Of a stretch of DNA of 64,000 bases, positions 1-9,727 are shown piece after piece (position 1 is the stretch's first letter; each line of letters starts with the position of its first letter). The stretch comes from Minisyncoccota bacterium (GTDB lineage Bacteria; Patescibacteriota; Minisyncoccia; Phycocordibacterales; UBA9973). Position numbers and translations under genes: made by a program. The stretch is from NCBI GenBank assembly GCA_041663185.1, contig JBAZQY010000001.1, positions 117,298-181,297 of the forward strand, in the 5' to 3' direction. The notes under the pieces were generated by a model. It did no database searches, had not been told where the DNA came from, and saw nothing but the letters and a program-made list of their open reading frames with translations.

Positions 1-314
1 GCTTTCTGAGGCACAAATGAAAGTAATGTCCCTGCCTCACAATCTTTTGGATCAAGATATCCGGTGCCGGGGACTTCGCCCCCACCTTCGACACAGACAT
101 AATTAGTTCCCATGCGAATAGAACGAGTCATGCTTTCCATTGTAAAATTAATATTATCCATGGCGGTTCTCAACCCTCGAGCTTTCCTAGCTGAATCCAT
201 AGTGATAAGTAAGGCCCCCATTGAAGCCAACATAATCGCTGTGAAAATAAAAGTCGCCACCATTAATTCTACTAGCGTGAATCCATTATTTTGCTTTTTA
301 TTTTTAATATTCAT
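1..314 (-). CDS. Prepilin-type N-terminal cleavage/methylation protein (minor pilin), 3' end runs off window
   Basis: Not in ORF track; read manually from ATG at 314: MNIKKIKKQNNG|FTLVELMVATFIFTAIML..., a class III signal G|FTLxE followed by a hydrophobic helix. Confidence 0.85.
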   Translation of the reverse strand, partial: MNIKNKKQNNGFTLVELMVATFIFTAIMLASMGALLITMDSARKARGLRTAMDNINFTMESMTRSIRMGTNYVCVEGGGEVPGTGYLDPKDCEAGTLLSFVPQK

Positions 315-315
315 T

Positions 316-1059
316 TTAGGTAACACTAATTTGCCCATTATTCCAAATAGTTATAATTTTTAATACATTCGGATCACTGATATTTGAGATTTCTATTTTG
401 ATATAATAAATAACATCTTTTTGGTCACATCCTGGTGGAATTGGAGGGAGATCATCGGGTAGAGCAGTAGTATCGTTAGCGGATGATGTATTTTTTTTAT
501 AACAAAAAATTGGCTCCGGATTGGGACGATTAAAAAATATTTCAACCAGATCATTCTTATCAATCGCCTTTTCATTATCTTTACTATAACCTAGATAAAT
601 ATTTGATATTACGTCGGCACTGGTGATCTTGAGAGCTTCTAGGCATTCATTCTCGGCTGTCGGCTTTCCGCATTCATTCGACTTGTCGTAATCATAAGTC
701 ATATTATTATTAATGTTGGCAAAAATAAGAAATAATTTATTTGAGCCAAAATAATTTTTTGTTACCGAATTTAAGCTGAAATGTACACCATAACCAAAAT
801 CAAACGCACTACTTGAGCCACGAACTCCGATCGCATAACTTTGAGCTTTACGGACAGACAAAGCGATATCGTCCGCTAGATTTTGAATAGAAGTGGCTGA
901 ACGAAATTGTCCGTAATTAAAAAGCACAATCAAAGACATGACTAAAAATATGGAGATGACAACAATGAGCTCGATTAGAGTCACCCCGCCTTCGTTTCCT
1001 TGAGACTTCGGTGAGGCAAGCCCAGAATTAGATTTATTTTTGTAAAAATTTTTTAACAT
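316..1059 (-). CDS. Minor pilin/pseudopilin (prepilin-type N-terminus)
   Basis: G|VTLIELIVVISIFLVMS motif; located in pilus cluster. Confidence 0.85.
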   Translation of the reverse strand: MLKNFYKNKSNSGLASPKSQGNEGGVTLIELIVVISIFLVMSLIVLFNYGQFRSATSIQNLADDIALSVRKAQSYAIGVRGSSSAFDFGYGVHFSLNSVTKNYFGSNKLFLIFANINNNMTYDYDKSNECGKPTAENECLEALKITSADVISNIYLGYSKDNEKAIDKNDLVEIFFNRPNPEPIFCYKKNTSSANDTTALPDDLPPIPPGCDQKDVIYYIKIEISNISDPNVLKIITIWNNGQISVT

Positions 1060-1068
1060 TTTTTAATA

Positions 1069-1884
1069 TTATTTAATATTAAATATATTCACTAAAGAAA
1101 AAAGATTTAAGTTGAATAAAAAAGTAATGAGAGCACTGATGGCCAAAAATGGACCAAAAGGGATCTCTGTTTTCATATTAATTTTACGCTTAGAGGCTCC
1201 CATCAATAACAAACTCACAATCGTGCCTATCCAAAACGATAAGATAACCGCGCAAAGACCAGCAATTAACCCCAACATCCAGCCAATACCGAGAATTAAC
1301 TTGCCGTCACCAAGCCCCATCAAACGCCCCTTAGAAAAAAACCAGAGAAGGACAAAAGGTAAAGAAAGAAGTGGCCCCGCTAATAAATTAGACAAAGTTG
1401 GTAAAGTGAAAAATGAACCTACTGGAGAGAAATTTATAAAAATGGACAAAAAGGATAGGACGATAAAAATAATGACTAATTTATCGGGAATAATTTTATG
1501 CCGAATATCGTAAACTGAAATGACAATCAGTAATGAGAAAATAAAAACAAAAAACACAACAAAAAAGATATAGGACCAATAAGACATATAAAGAATAGGT
1601 AGGAACTTATAAGCAATAAGCGCAAAAATCAAACCAGTCCCGAATTCGACAAGTGGATATTGATGAGAGATGTGGCTAGCACAACGACGACATTTGCCTG
1701 ATTGAATCAGAAAACTAAGAACGGGAATAAGCTCATACCATCTCAAATTGTTATTACAAGTCATACAAATAGACCTTCCTCTGGTAATCTTCCGCCCTGT
1801 ATTAAATCGAAAAATGACAACATTCAAAAAACTTCCAATAATAGTTCCTAATAAAAAAATGAAGACAAATATAAGTAAACTCAT
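1069..1884 (-). CDS. pilD: Prepilin peptidase (A24)
   Basis: GSFLNVVI, CxxC...CxxC Zn motif, YDIRH and MGLGD aspartate motifs; start moved to ATG 1884, just after a TATAAT box. Confidence 0.93.
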   Translation of the reverse strand: MSLLIFVFIFLLGTIIGSFLNVVIFRFNTGRKITRGRSICMTCNNNLRWYELIPVLSFLIQSGKCRRCASHISHQYPLVEFGTGLIFALIAYKFLPILYMSYWSYIFFVVFFVFIFSLLIVISVYDIRHKIIPDKLVIIFIVLSFLSIFINFSPVGSFFTLPTLSNLLAGPLLSLPFVLLWFFSKGRLMGLGDGKLILGIGWMLGLIAGLCAVILSFWIGTIVSLLLMGASKRKINMKTEIPFGPFLAISALITFLFNLNLFSLVNIFNIK

Positions 1885-1911
1885 GTTTTTATTATAACAT
1901 CCACCCCAACA

Positions 1912-1940
1912 AAAAACCACCTAATCCTAGGTGGTTTTTT
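1912..1940. terminator. Intrinsic terminator hairpin
   Basis: AAAAAACCACCTA-ATCC-TAGGTGGTTTTTT. Confidence 0.7.
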
Positions 1941-1988
1941 AACTACAAAATACTCTTGCTCATTTACATAACCCCTGTAAAATTTTTA

Positions 1989-2498
1989 CTAGTCACAATC
2001 ATACTCAGATGCACTTATTGGAACACTAGTGATGATTGCCTTACCTGTACTGTCAACACAAAACATTTTAGGGATTGCTGAAGTACTATCAGATAATGGT
2101 GCTTCAACAGCATAGGCTGTGGTTGTACCACCAACAGCATGACATGTTACTTTATTATAAGTGCCTGCGGTTATATTCGAAGTAACAGGAGCACCTGCAC
2201 CACCATCAACCCCTGAGGCATCAGCTATTGACTTGAGTAATCCAGGACCAGTGGCTCCCCCTAATCCTTTATTAACAACTGTGGCTGTACATAACCCTGA
2301 ATATATATTAGTCGGACTTTGTGAATAATAATATAATTCAGATTGTTTTTTTATTTGATCCATTTGACCTTTTACAGCTCCATCCTTTCCTTTATTACGA
2401 GCATCTCCTAATGAACTTAAAACGATAGCTGCTAAAATACCAATGATTGCGATAACGACCAACAATTCGATTAACGTAAAACCTTTATTTTTTTGCAT
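1989..2498 (-). CDS. Type IV pilin (paralog 2)
   Basis: MQKNKG|FTLIELLVVIAIIGILAAIVL, C-terminal FCVDSTG; true start at ATG 2498, not the longer ORF. Confidence 0.9.
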   Translation of the reverse strand: MQKNKGFTLIELLVVIAIIGILAAIVLSSLGDARNKGKDGAVKGQMDQIKKQSELYYYSQSPTNIYSGLCTATVVNKGLGGATGPGLLKSIADASGVDGGAGAPVTSNITAGTYNKVTCHAVGGTTTAYAVEAPLSDSTSAIPKMFCVDSTGKAIITSVPISASEYDCD

Positions 2499-2727
2499 AA
2501 TATTTTCCGCTTTATGCGGGTCCGCACTTGGCGGAAATTTTAATAATTTTTTAATAAAAACGACCTTAGCGAATAATATTTGGAAATTTGGAAATTGATT
2601 CTTATCTCTCTCCATCAAAATTATAACATATAACAAAATATAATCTAACAAGTTATAAACAGAAAAACCACCCAATGGGTGGTTTTTCTGTTTATAAAAA
2701 GCAATTTTATAAATTTTTTTAAATAAA

Positions 2728-3174
2728 TTAGGCGTTATCACAAACAACATCAGTGGTTGCAGTAATTTCCGTTCCGGGAGCAACAGTAGAAGTCCCAGCA
2801 AATCCAGTACTATCAACACAGAAATTACCTCCTACTGGCAATGTAATAGCCCATCCCCAAGCTGTTGGAGCAGTAAGTGCAGCTGTATTCTGCGCACAAG
2901 TCGATACAGTTCCACCACCATTAGTTGCAGCTGTAACTAAAGTACCTAAACCTCCATCAGCAGTACTAGTGCAAAGACCATCAAGATAAGTTCCTGCAGT
3001 AGTCATACCAAGTTCAGCTTGAACTCTTGCAGAACTAACAGTAGATTGAACAGCTGCTGCCTTACCCTTATTTCTTGCAGTATTCAAACTTGCCAAAACG
3101 ACTGATGCCAAAATACCAATGATTGCGATAACGACCAACAATTCAATTAACGTAAAACCTTTATTTTTTTGCAT
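2728..3174 (-). CDS. Type IV pilin (paralog 1, likely major pilin)
   Basis: MQKNKG|FTLIELLVVIAIIGILASVVL, FCVDSTG, C-terminal Cys; start at ATG 3174. Confidence 0.9.
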   Translation of the reverse strand: MQKNKGFTLIELLVVIAIIGILASVVLASLNTARNKGKAAAVQSTVSSARVQAELGMTTAGTYLDGLCTSTADGGLGTLVTAATNGGGTVSTCAQNTAALTAPTAWGWAITLPVGGNFCVDSTGFAGTSTVAPGTEITATTDVVCDNA

Positions 3175-3355
3175 AATATTTTCCGCTTTATGCGGGTCCG
3201 CACATGGCGGAAATTTTATTAATAATTTTTTAATAAGAAACACGACCTTATTTTTAATAATACCATTATATCATAAAACTAACTTAAAAATACAATGCGA
3301 TGCGACCTGTGGATAAGTTTGAATCAGTAGCAAGTAGTAAGGAGGATTTAGAGAT

Positions 3356-4564
3356 TTATACTCCACCGGCGATATTGTAAATCGGCATTAAGATTGATGA
3401 TAATAAGATACCAACTCCAAGCCCCAAAATAACAATCATAACTGGTTCAATTAATCCGACAAGAGTATCGACGGCTTCGTTAACTTCCCGAGCATAAAAA
3501 CGCCCGAGAGTTTTTAGAATATTCCCCAGGGACCCCGTCTCCTCCCCCACTCTTATCATCCCTGGCATAATTGGAGGAACTTCTTTGTGTTTAGAAAAAG
3601 CATCCGACAAAGAACTACCGCCTTTGACGGCTTCAGAAACATCTTTTAATATTCCTTCAAAAACCCGATTGCCAACCACCGCACTCGTCAACTCAATCGA
3701 TCGAACAATCGGGATACCCGATGAAAGCATAGTGTCCATATTGTCCGAAATTCTTGAAAGATAAAGTTTGGTGTAAATACTTTTGAAAACTGGGGTGTTA
3801 ATTTTTAATCGGTCAAAATATAATCGTCCAGCTGGAGATTTGGAATAGTGAATAATATAAACAACAAAGATAACTACTGCAATTAAAATGAAAACTCCGT
3901 AACGGACAAAAAGGTCACTCAACGACATAATAAGTCGAGTGAAAAATGGTATTTCAGCACTTGATTCTCGAATAATAAGCGCTAGTTTTGGAATAATAAA
4001 GACAAACATCATACACATCACGAGGATGAAAACACCGACAACAAAGGCTGGGTAGATCAGAGCATTTTTAGTTTTCGAAGTAAGTTGATATTGACGATCG
4101 AGATAATCGGCCAAATAAGAAAATGTTTGGGTAAGTTTACCCGTCTCTTCTCCAGCCCGAATCATATTGACATAAAAATCAGAGAAAACTACTTTGTGCT
4201 TCGCTAAAGCTCCGGAAATCGAAACTCCTGATCGAATATCTTCTGCAACTTCATTCAAAACTGCCACCAAAGCTTGATTTTCACTATTCTCAGCGAGCAG
4301 AGTGAAAGCTTTCAGGGCTGAAACTTGTGATTCAAAGAGCGTCGACATTTGTCGTGACATGATGACGATGTCTTTCATTTTTATTTTTGATTGCCCAAAG
4401 AAGGAAATATTAAACATCCCCTTTTTGGCTTTTTCTTCATCAATCGATGAGATGAAAAATCCGCGACGCTGAAGAGCAACAATCGCCAAGTCTTTCGAAC
4501 TTGCATCAATTGTCCCAACTTTATTCTCACCAGTACTGGTGATGGCTTTGTAATTGAATAACAT
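3356..4564 (-). CDS. pilC: Type IV pilus platform protein (T2SS F family)
   Basis: Two GspF repeats (AGEETGKL, VGEETGSL), IYPAF and IEP motifs. Confidence 0.93.
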   Translation of the reverse strand: MLFNYKAITSTGENKVGTIDASSKDLAIVALQRRGFFISSIDEEKAKKGMFNISFFGQSKIKMKDIVIMSRQMSTLFESQVSALKAFTLLAENSENQALVAVLNEVAEDIRSGVSISGALAKHKVVFSDFYVNMIRAGEETGKLTQTFSYLADYLDRQYQLTSKTKNALIYPAFVVGVFILVMCMMFVFIIPKLALIIRESSAEIPFFTRLIMSLSDLFVRYGVFILIAVVIFVVYIIHYSKSPAGRLYFDRLKINTPVFKSIYTKLYLSRISDNMDTMLSSGIPIVRSIELTSAVVGNRVFEGILKDVSEAVKGGSSLSDAFSKHKEVPPIMPGMIRVGEETGSLGNILKTLGRFYAREVNEAVDTLVGLIEPVMIVILGLGVGILLSSILMPIYNIAGGV

Positions 4565-4566
4565 AA

Positions 4567-5628
4567 TTAAAACATTTGCTCTAATGATTTAGGATTAATA
4601 GAAAATTCATAAGCACTCTCGAGACTTATTTCTCCCCTCTGCACAAGATCAATCAGACATCGGTTCATATCAACCATCCCTTCATGGGACGAAGTTTCAA
4701 TGACGACATCGATCTCATGGGTTCTTTTTTCACGAATTAAATTGGCAATCGCTTTGTTATTGATCAAAAGTTCATAAGCGGGAATACGCCCACCGGCAAT
4801 CCGCGGAATTAAACGTTGCGAGAATATTCCAAGCAAACTTGAAGCGAGCTGTAAACGAATCTGGCCTTGTTGTTCGGCGGGGAATGAGTCGATAATACGA
4901 TCAATAGTTTGTGAAGCATTGTTGGTATGCAGAGTTGAAAGGACCAAGTGCCCCGTCTCAGCAGCTGTCACCGCAGCGGCGATGGTTGATGGATCACGCA
5001 TTTCTCCAATTAAAATAACATTGGCATCTTCACGGAAAGTTGACTTCAGAGCTTTCAAAAAATCATCCGTATCAATACCAATTTCACGTTGATTGATGAT
5101 TGATTTGTCGGGCTGATAGATGAATTCAATAGGATCTTCGATCGTCATAATGTGTGCTGCGGTTTGTGTATTGATCATATTAATCATCGTAGAGAGGGTT
5201 GTTGATTTACCTTGTCCGACTGGCCCAACAACAAGAAAGAATCCTTGTTTTTTCATAGTGAAATCTTTAAGGATCATCGGTAAATTTAATTCTTCAAATG
5301 ATTTAGCTTTAGGAATTAGCCGGATAGCGATGCAGACGAGCCCACGCTGAAAGAAAGCATTGCCTCGGAGTTGAACTTGACCATCTTTCAAATTACTCGA
5401 GAAATCAACATCCTTGTTTTCGATAAATTTCTTGACTCTTTCGCTGCCAATCAATTCCTCTAAAAGACCAAGCACATCATCTTCAGTCATAACTTTATGG
5501 TTAACCAAAGAGATAAGTTGGCCATTTACTCGGATGTATGGTTTGCGCCCGATACCAAGATGCAAATCTGAGCCATCTTCATTGATCAGGTTTTCAATTA
5601 ATTCATTGAGTAATTTTTTATATTCCAT
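4567..5628 (-). CDS. pilT: Type IV pilus retraction ATPase
   Basis: SDLHL, GPVGQGKSTT, TIEDPIE, IGEMRD, AAETGHLVLSTLHT, ANLIRE; alternative start at 5649. Confidence 0.93.
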   Translation of the reverse strand: MEYKKLLNELIENLINEDGSDLHLGIGRKPYIRVNGQLISLVNHKVMTEDDVLGLLEELIGSERVKKFIENKDVDFSSNLKDGQVQLRGNAFFQRGLVCIAIRLIPKAKSFEELNLPMILKDFTMKKQGFFLVVGPVGQGKSTTLSTMINMINTQTAAHIMTIEDPIEFIYQPDKSIINQREIGIDTDDFLKALKSTFREDANVILIGEMRDPSTIAAAVTAAETGHLVLSTLHTNNASQTIDRIIDSFPAEQQGQIRLQLASSLLGIFSQRLIPRIAGGRIPAYELLINNKAIANLIREKRTHEIDVVIETSSHEGMVDMNRCLIDLVQRGEISLESAYEFSINPKSLEQMF

Positions 5629-5629
5629 A

Positions 5630-6025
5630 TTAGTTTTTGTGTGCGTCACTTATTATTTTAACAACTTTCTCGACTACTTCACTCGGCGTACTCGAAGCTT
5701 TGACAATATAGCCGGAGGCACCCATCGCTTCGGCGCGAGTAATATCTGTTTGTTGTCCACGATTAGAAAGAAAGACAATAATGGAATTCGGAGCAATTTT
5801 TTCTTTTCTAATTTTCTCAAGTAATTCAAACCCATCCATAACGGGCATCATAATATCTAAAATAATGAGATCCGGAGAAAGTCCTTGCTGAAGTTTCTCG
5901 AGAGCTAACTCCGGGCCTAAAGCAGTCGAAACATTAAAATTTGATTTACTAAATTTCAATGCATACATATCAAGAAGAAAGCTATCATCGTCGACAATCA
6001 GAATCTTTTTAAGTTCTTTATCCAT
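5630..6025 (-). CDS. Single-domain response regulator
   Basis: ILIVDDD, LDIMMP, DGFELL, conserved Lys. Confidence 0.9.
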   Translation of the reverse strand: MDKELKKILIVDDDSFLLDMYALKFSKSNFNVSTALGPELALEKLQQGLSPDLIILDIMMPVMDGFELLEKIRKEKIAPNSIIVFLSNRGQQTDITRAEAMGASGYIVKASSTPSEVVEKVVKIISDAHKN

Positions 6026-6056
6026 ACATTTATATTATAATATAATTGTCAATATT

Positions 6057-7793
6057 TTAAAAGTTATAAACTTCTTGAAGTGGTATATCTCCTCGAATAC
6101 TTTTGACGATTGCATCTTCACGAATTGTCAGCATTCCACGTGAGCGAGCGAGCTTATAGATATCTTGCTCAACTGGATGTTTGAGGATTATCGCTTGCAT
6201 CTCCTTATCAATTTTAAACATTTCAAATAGTGATATACGGCCTTTTAGTCCGGAGGCGCATTCGGCCGACGGCACCGCTTCATAAATAGTGTTGCCGATA
6301 TTTAATTTCGATTTAAATTCTTCTGGCAAATCAGCAAATTGTTTATCAAACATTAATTTGGTCGCTTCATCAATCGGAATTTCGTGTTTAGAATTTGGAT
6401 GAATTCTGCGAGCTAGACGTTGAGCCATACAGAGAATCAAAGTTGGAGCAATTAGATATGGGTCTATTCCCATATCAATCAAACGTGGAATTGCCCCGAC
6501 AGAATTATTGGTGTGAAGTGTTGAAAGAACCAAGTGCCCGGTCAGGGCTGCTTGAATAGCAAGCTCGGCAGTTTCTTTATCACGAATTTCTCCGACTAAT
6601 ATAATATTGGGGTCTTGACGTAGAATTGACCTGAGTCCTGAAGCAAAAGTGTATCCAATCTCGGGCATAATCTGAGATTGATTAACTCCATCAATTTTAT
6701 ATTCAACTGGATCTTCTAGGGAAACAATATTCTTATCTTCCTTATCGAGTTCATTCAACATTGAGTAGAGAGTAGTTGTTTTACCACTTCCAGTTGGACC
6801 AGTAATAAGAAGTAATCCATATGGGCGAGACAATGAATCTCGAATAAGGACTAAATTCTCTTTTGACAATCCCAGGTCGTCGAGTTTCTGAATCCCTCTT
6901 TGAGAATCCAAAATACGCATCACAATCTTTTCTCCATAATAAGCCGGCATAGTCGAGACACGGAAATCAATTTTTCGGCCTTCAATTTTGGCTGAGAAGC
7001 CACCATCTTGTGGTTTACGTTTTTCATCGAGTCGTAATCGCGCCAAAATTTTAATACGCGCAACGACGCCATTATAGACAGAAAGTGGTAAAGTCAAAGA
7101 AGTATGTAAAATACCATCAACACGAAAACGCACTTTGACTCTATCCCCTGTATTTTCTATATGGATATCCGAAGCTAAACCTTCGGTGGCATTACGGAGA
7201 ATAACGGCGACAATCTTGACTATCGGCGCTTCTTCAACTATTTTCTCATCACCTGCTTTCTGAGTATCTGGTGATTTAATATTTGTTTCAATAATAACTC
7301 CACTGTCATTATAATCTGCAAACTCAGAATCAAGCTCACTGAGAGCTTGGTCAACTTCGGTACCACTTGTCCCTTCATACATTTCTATTAATTTATTGTA
7401 GACAGAAGTTGCAATCAAAAATAATTTAAATGGTTTATTTAATTTGGAGGTAATGAAAGTCAGCGCATCTATGGCTTGAATATTCTCTGGATCAACAATC
7501 CCAACTTCTAGAAAATTATCTGTTAAATTAATTGGAATAAAATGATAGATTTTAGCTGCATCAACTGGAATTAATCTTAGGATGGTCGGATCAACACTTC
7601 TCGGGTCAACTTTTTTAATTGGCACACCAAAAATATCTCCTTTGACTTCAAGAATTTTTTCTTCATCTAAATCGAAAACAACAAGTGCCTGGTCAATACT
7701 GCCCTCATATTTTTCATTAGCAATTTTGACGATTTCAGGTATTTGGTCTTCTTTTATAATTTCACGTTTTACAAGTTCTTCTAAAAGTATCAT
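6057..7793 (-). CDS. pilB: Type IV pilus assembly ATPase (GspE/PilB)
   Basis: ASDIHIE, RFRVDG, PQDG, GPTGSGKTTT, LRQDPN, GEIRD, TGHLVLSTLH. Confidence 0.93.
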   Translation of the reverse strand: MILLEELVKREIIKEDQIPEIVKIANEKYEGSIDQALVVFDLDEEKILEVKGDIFGVPIKKVDPRSVDPTILRLIPVDAAKIYHFIPINLTDNFLEVGIVDPENIQAIDALTFITSKLNKPFKLFLIATSVYNKLIEMYEGTSGTEVDQALSELDSEFADYNDSGVIIETNIKSPDTQKAGDEKIVEEAPIVKIVAVILRNATEGLASDIHIENTGDRVKVRFRVDGILHTSLTLPLSVYNGVVARIKILARLRLDEKRKPQDGGFSAKIEGRKIDFRVSTMPAYYGEKIVMRILDSQRGIQKLDDLGLSKENLVLIRDSLSRPYGLLLITGPTGSGKTTTLYSMLNELDKEDKNIVSLEDPVEYKIDGVNQSQIMPEIGYTFASGLRSILRQDPNIILVGEIRDKETAELAIQAALTGHLVLSTLHTNNSVGAIPRLIDMGIDPYLIAPTLILCMAQRLARRIHPNSKHEIPIDEATKLMFDKQFADLPEEFKSKLNIGNTIYEAVPSAECASGLKGRISLFEMFKIDKEMQAIILKHPVEQDIYKLARSRGMLTIREDAIVKSIRGDIPLQEVYNF

Positions 7794-7796
7794 GAA

Positions 7797-8441
7797 TTAT
7801 TTAGTCGTAAAAGAAACTATTTCTCCACAAAGCTCAGCATTATTAACTTTGGCGCAGGCTTTAAAGAAATAAGTTGTCCTAGGATTTAGTCCTAAAACAT
7901 TTTTAATAAATGTCCCAACAAGCGATTGTTCTACTTTAGTTGTTACGAGACCCAAATTCTCTGTCGTCCCGTATTTAAAATAAGTATCGGTCACCCCATT
8001 TGTAATATTCATTGTTCCATTTAAAACAGCAGTTTTATCAGTAATCTGAGTCGCTGATTCAGTAATAATACTAGAACCTTGAGGTATACTATTACCATTA
8101 CTATCGACTGGAGCAAAAGGATTCGGACGGCCAGGAACAACTGGCTCTATTTTGACAGTATTGTCTATAAGTAAATTAAAAGATTTATTTGAAAATAAAG
8201 TTGTATCAATACTGATAGTTTTCAAAGCAACTAAAGTTGAAAGAAAAGAAATATCGGAAGTAATATCACTTCCAAGTGGTGAAGTCGCAGATTCCCCTTC
8301 TGTCGAAGATGCCAACGAACTACCAAAAGCAACCGGAATTAGACTTTCTGATTTTAAATCTCGTGAAGAATATAAATAAAAACCACCAATAAGTAGAAAG
8401 AGTGTTGAGACGATTAAAAATTTGTTGTACTTTGTTTTCAT
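7797..8441 (-). CDS. Membrane-anchored pilus accessory protein with C-terminal FN3-like domain
   Basis: N-terminal TM, GRPNPFAP (PilP-like position), GLNPRTTYFFKAC FN3-like motif. Confidence 0.6.
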   Translation of the reverse strand: MKTKYNKFLIVSTLFLLIGGFYLYSSRDLKSESLIPVAFGSSLASSTEGESATSPLGSDITSDISFLSTLVALKTISIDTTLFSNKSFNLLIDNTVKIEPVVPGRPNPFAPVDSNGNSIPQGSSIITESATQITDKTAVLNGTMNITNGVTDTYFKYGTTENLGLVTTKVEQSLVGTFIKNVLGLNPRTTYFFKACAKVNNAELCGEIVSFTTK

Positions 8442-8442
8442 A

Positions 8443-9054
8443 TTATTTAAGCCAATAGGTATTGACTTCTAATTTATAACTATAGATATTTGGATTTGTT
8501 GTATCGGTTGGGTTAGCACTTGGTACTGGAACAGTGAAAGAAACTGACTTAATATCGACTAAACGAAGATTATGTTCCAAATCATTCAAAAAAACCAGGA
8601 AGGAGTCGTATTTGCCCTCAATAACAAAATTCATAGTAAAGACTCCATATGGAAGATAATCGGATGGGTCTTCTTCGGCGGCGACGACCATTTCTTCACT
8701 AGCTGCTGAACTCTCACTCTTCTTCTCTGTATTCTTAGTATCGAATGAAATATTTTTTATTGGCAAACCATGTAAATTAGCAATTTTTTCAATTTCGAGA
8801 ATTAATTCAATATTATTAATAGTACTAGGCAAGAAATGACTTAAGCGATCACGATCTTCTTTTTTGATATTTTTATATATTTCAACCAGTGAATCGCGAG
8901 TCTGTTGTAATTCAGTAGAATTACTGAGCGCTGTATTATAAGTCGCCACATCAGTTCTCAACACCTTTACATCACTATAAATCGGATTAACCGCCACGAA
9001 AAACAGAGCTACGGCCACAACAATAAATGTAATTGAAAGAATTAATCTCATCAT
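8443..9054 (-). CDS. pilO: Type IV pilus protein PilO-like
   Basis: N-terminal TM, FLP, G.Y..F..FL.DLE..LRLVDI motif; operon position. Confidence 0.75.
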   Translation of the reverse strand: MMRLILSITFIVVAVALFFVAVNPIYSDVKVLRTDVATYNTALSNSTELQQTRDSLVEIYKNIKKEDRDRLSHFLPSTINNIELILEIEKIANLHGLPIKNISFDTKNTEKKSESSAASEEMVVAAEEDPSDYLPYGVFTMNFVIEGKYDSFLVFLNDLEHNLRLVDIKSVSFTVPVPSANPTDTTNPNIYSYKLEVNTYWLK

Positions 9055-9058
9055 AAAA

Positions 9059-9718
9059 TTATGGAGTGTTATTTTCTAAACTAGGTGATAATGGCATCGA
9101 GACAGGATCGGGAATTACTGGATTTTGTATTTTTTCAATTAAACTATTTTTCTCATAAGAAAGCAGAGTTGGGTCGACACTGAATTCAACCTTGAAACTA
9201 ATTTTATTACTTTTATCTTTAACAATCTCAGAAAAAATTACATCTTTAAAAACTTGACCCTTTGGTGTATTAAAAGCATCGGCTTGCAGAGCAATTGATC
9301 GATAATCCCGAGCTAGCCCGTCAATCCGAACCACAAAACCTTTATCAGTAGTCATATGACTAAAACTTGTATATTGCACTGAGGGAATTGTAATTTCTCC
9401 GAGTCGGGTAAAAAGTGGAGTTAAAACAATATGATTATTTAAAATTTGCTTAGCGGTTTCTGTGCGTTTATTAAACAAACTTAATTCATCAACTGTTTCC
9501 TTTTCAAAAGTATCTCGGACCACAGCCAAAGATGATGAAAGTGATTCTTTGTGTTTAGTTAAATAATTTTTATAAACAAATAACCCAAGCGACCCGAGAG
9601 CAGAGACAACTAATAAGAAAATAGCAATAATCAATAAAAGACTTCTCGGTGCCTTATCTGACACAGCTGAGGTGATAGGCTTCTTGGGGATAAAAGATGT
9701 TTGAAATGAATTTTCCAT
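9059..9718 (-). CDS. PilN-like pilus assembly protein
   Basis: SFIPKK N-terminus then TM; lies between pilM and pilO. Confidence 0.6.
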   Translation of the reverse strand: MENSFQTSFIPKKPITSAVSDKAPRSLLLIIAIFLLVVSALGSLGLFVYKNYLTKHKESLSSSLAVVRDTFEKETVDELSLFNKRTETAKQILNNHIVLTPLFTRLGEITIPSVQYTSFSHMTTDKGFVVRIDGLARDYRSIALQADAFNTPKGQVFKDVIFSEIVKDKSNKISFKVEFSVDPTLLSYEKNSLIEKIQNPVIPDPVSMPLSPSLENNTP

Positions 9719-9727
9719 GTTATATAT

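Noticed and set aside
2499-2819. N-terminal extensions of pilin ORFs in the ORF track (starts at 2819 and 3243)
   Set aside because: They run through terminator/leader DNA; the class III signal begins at MQKNKG
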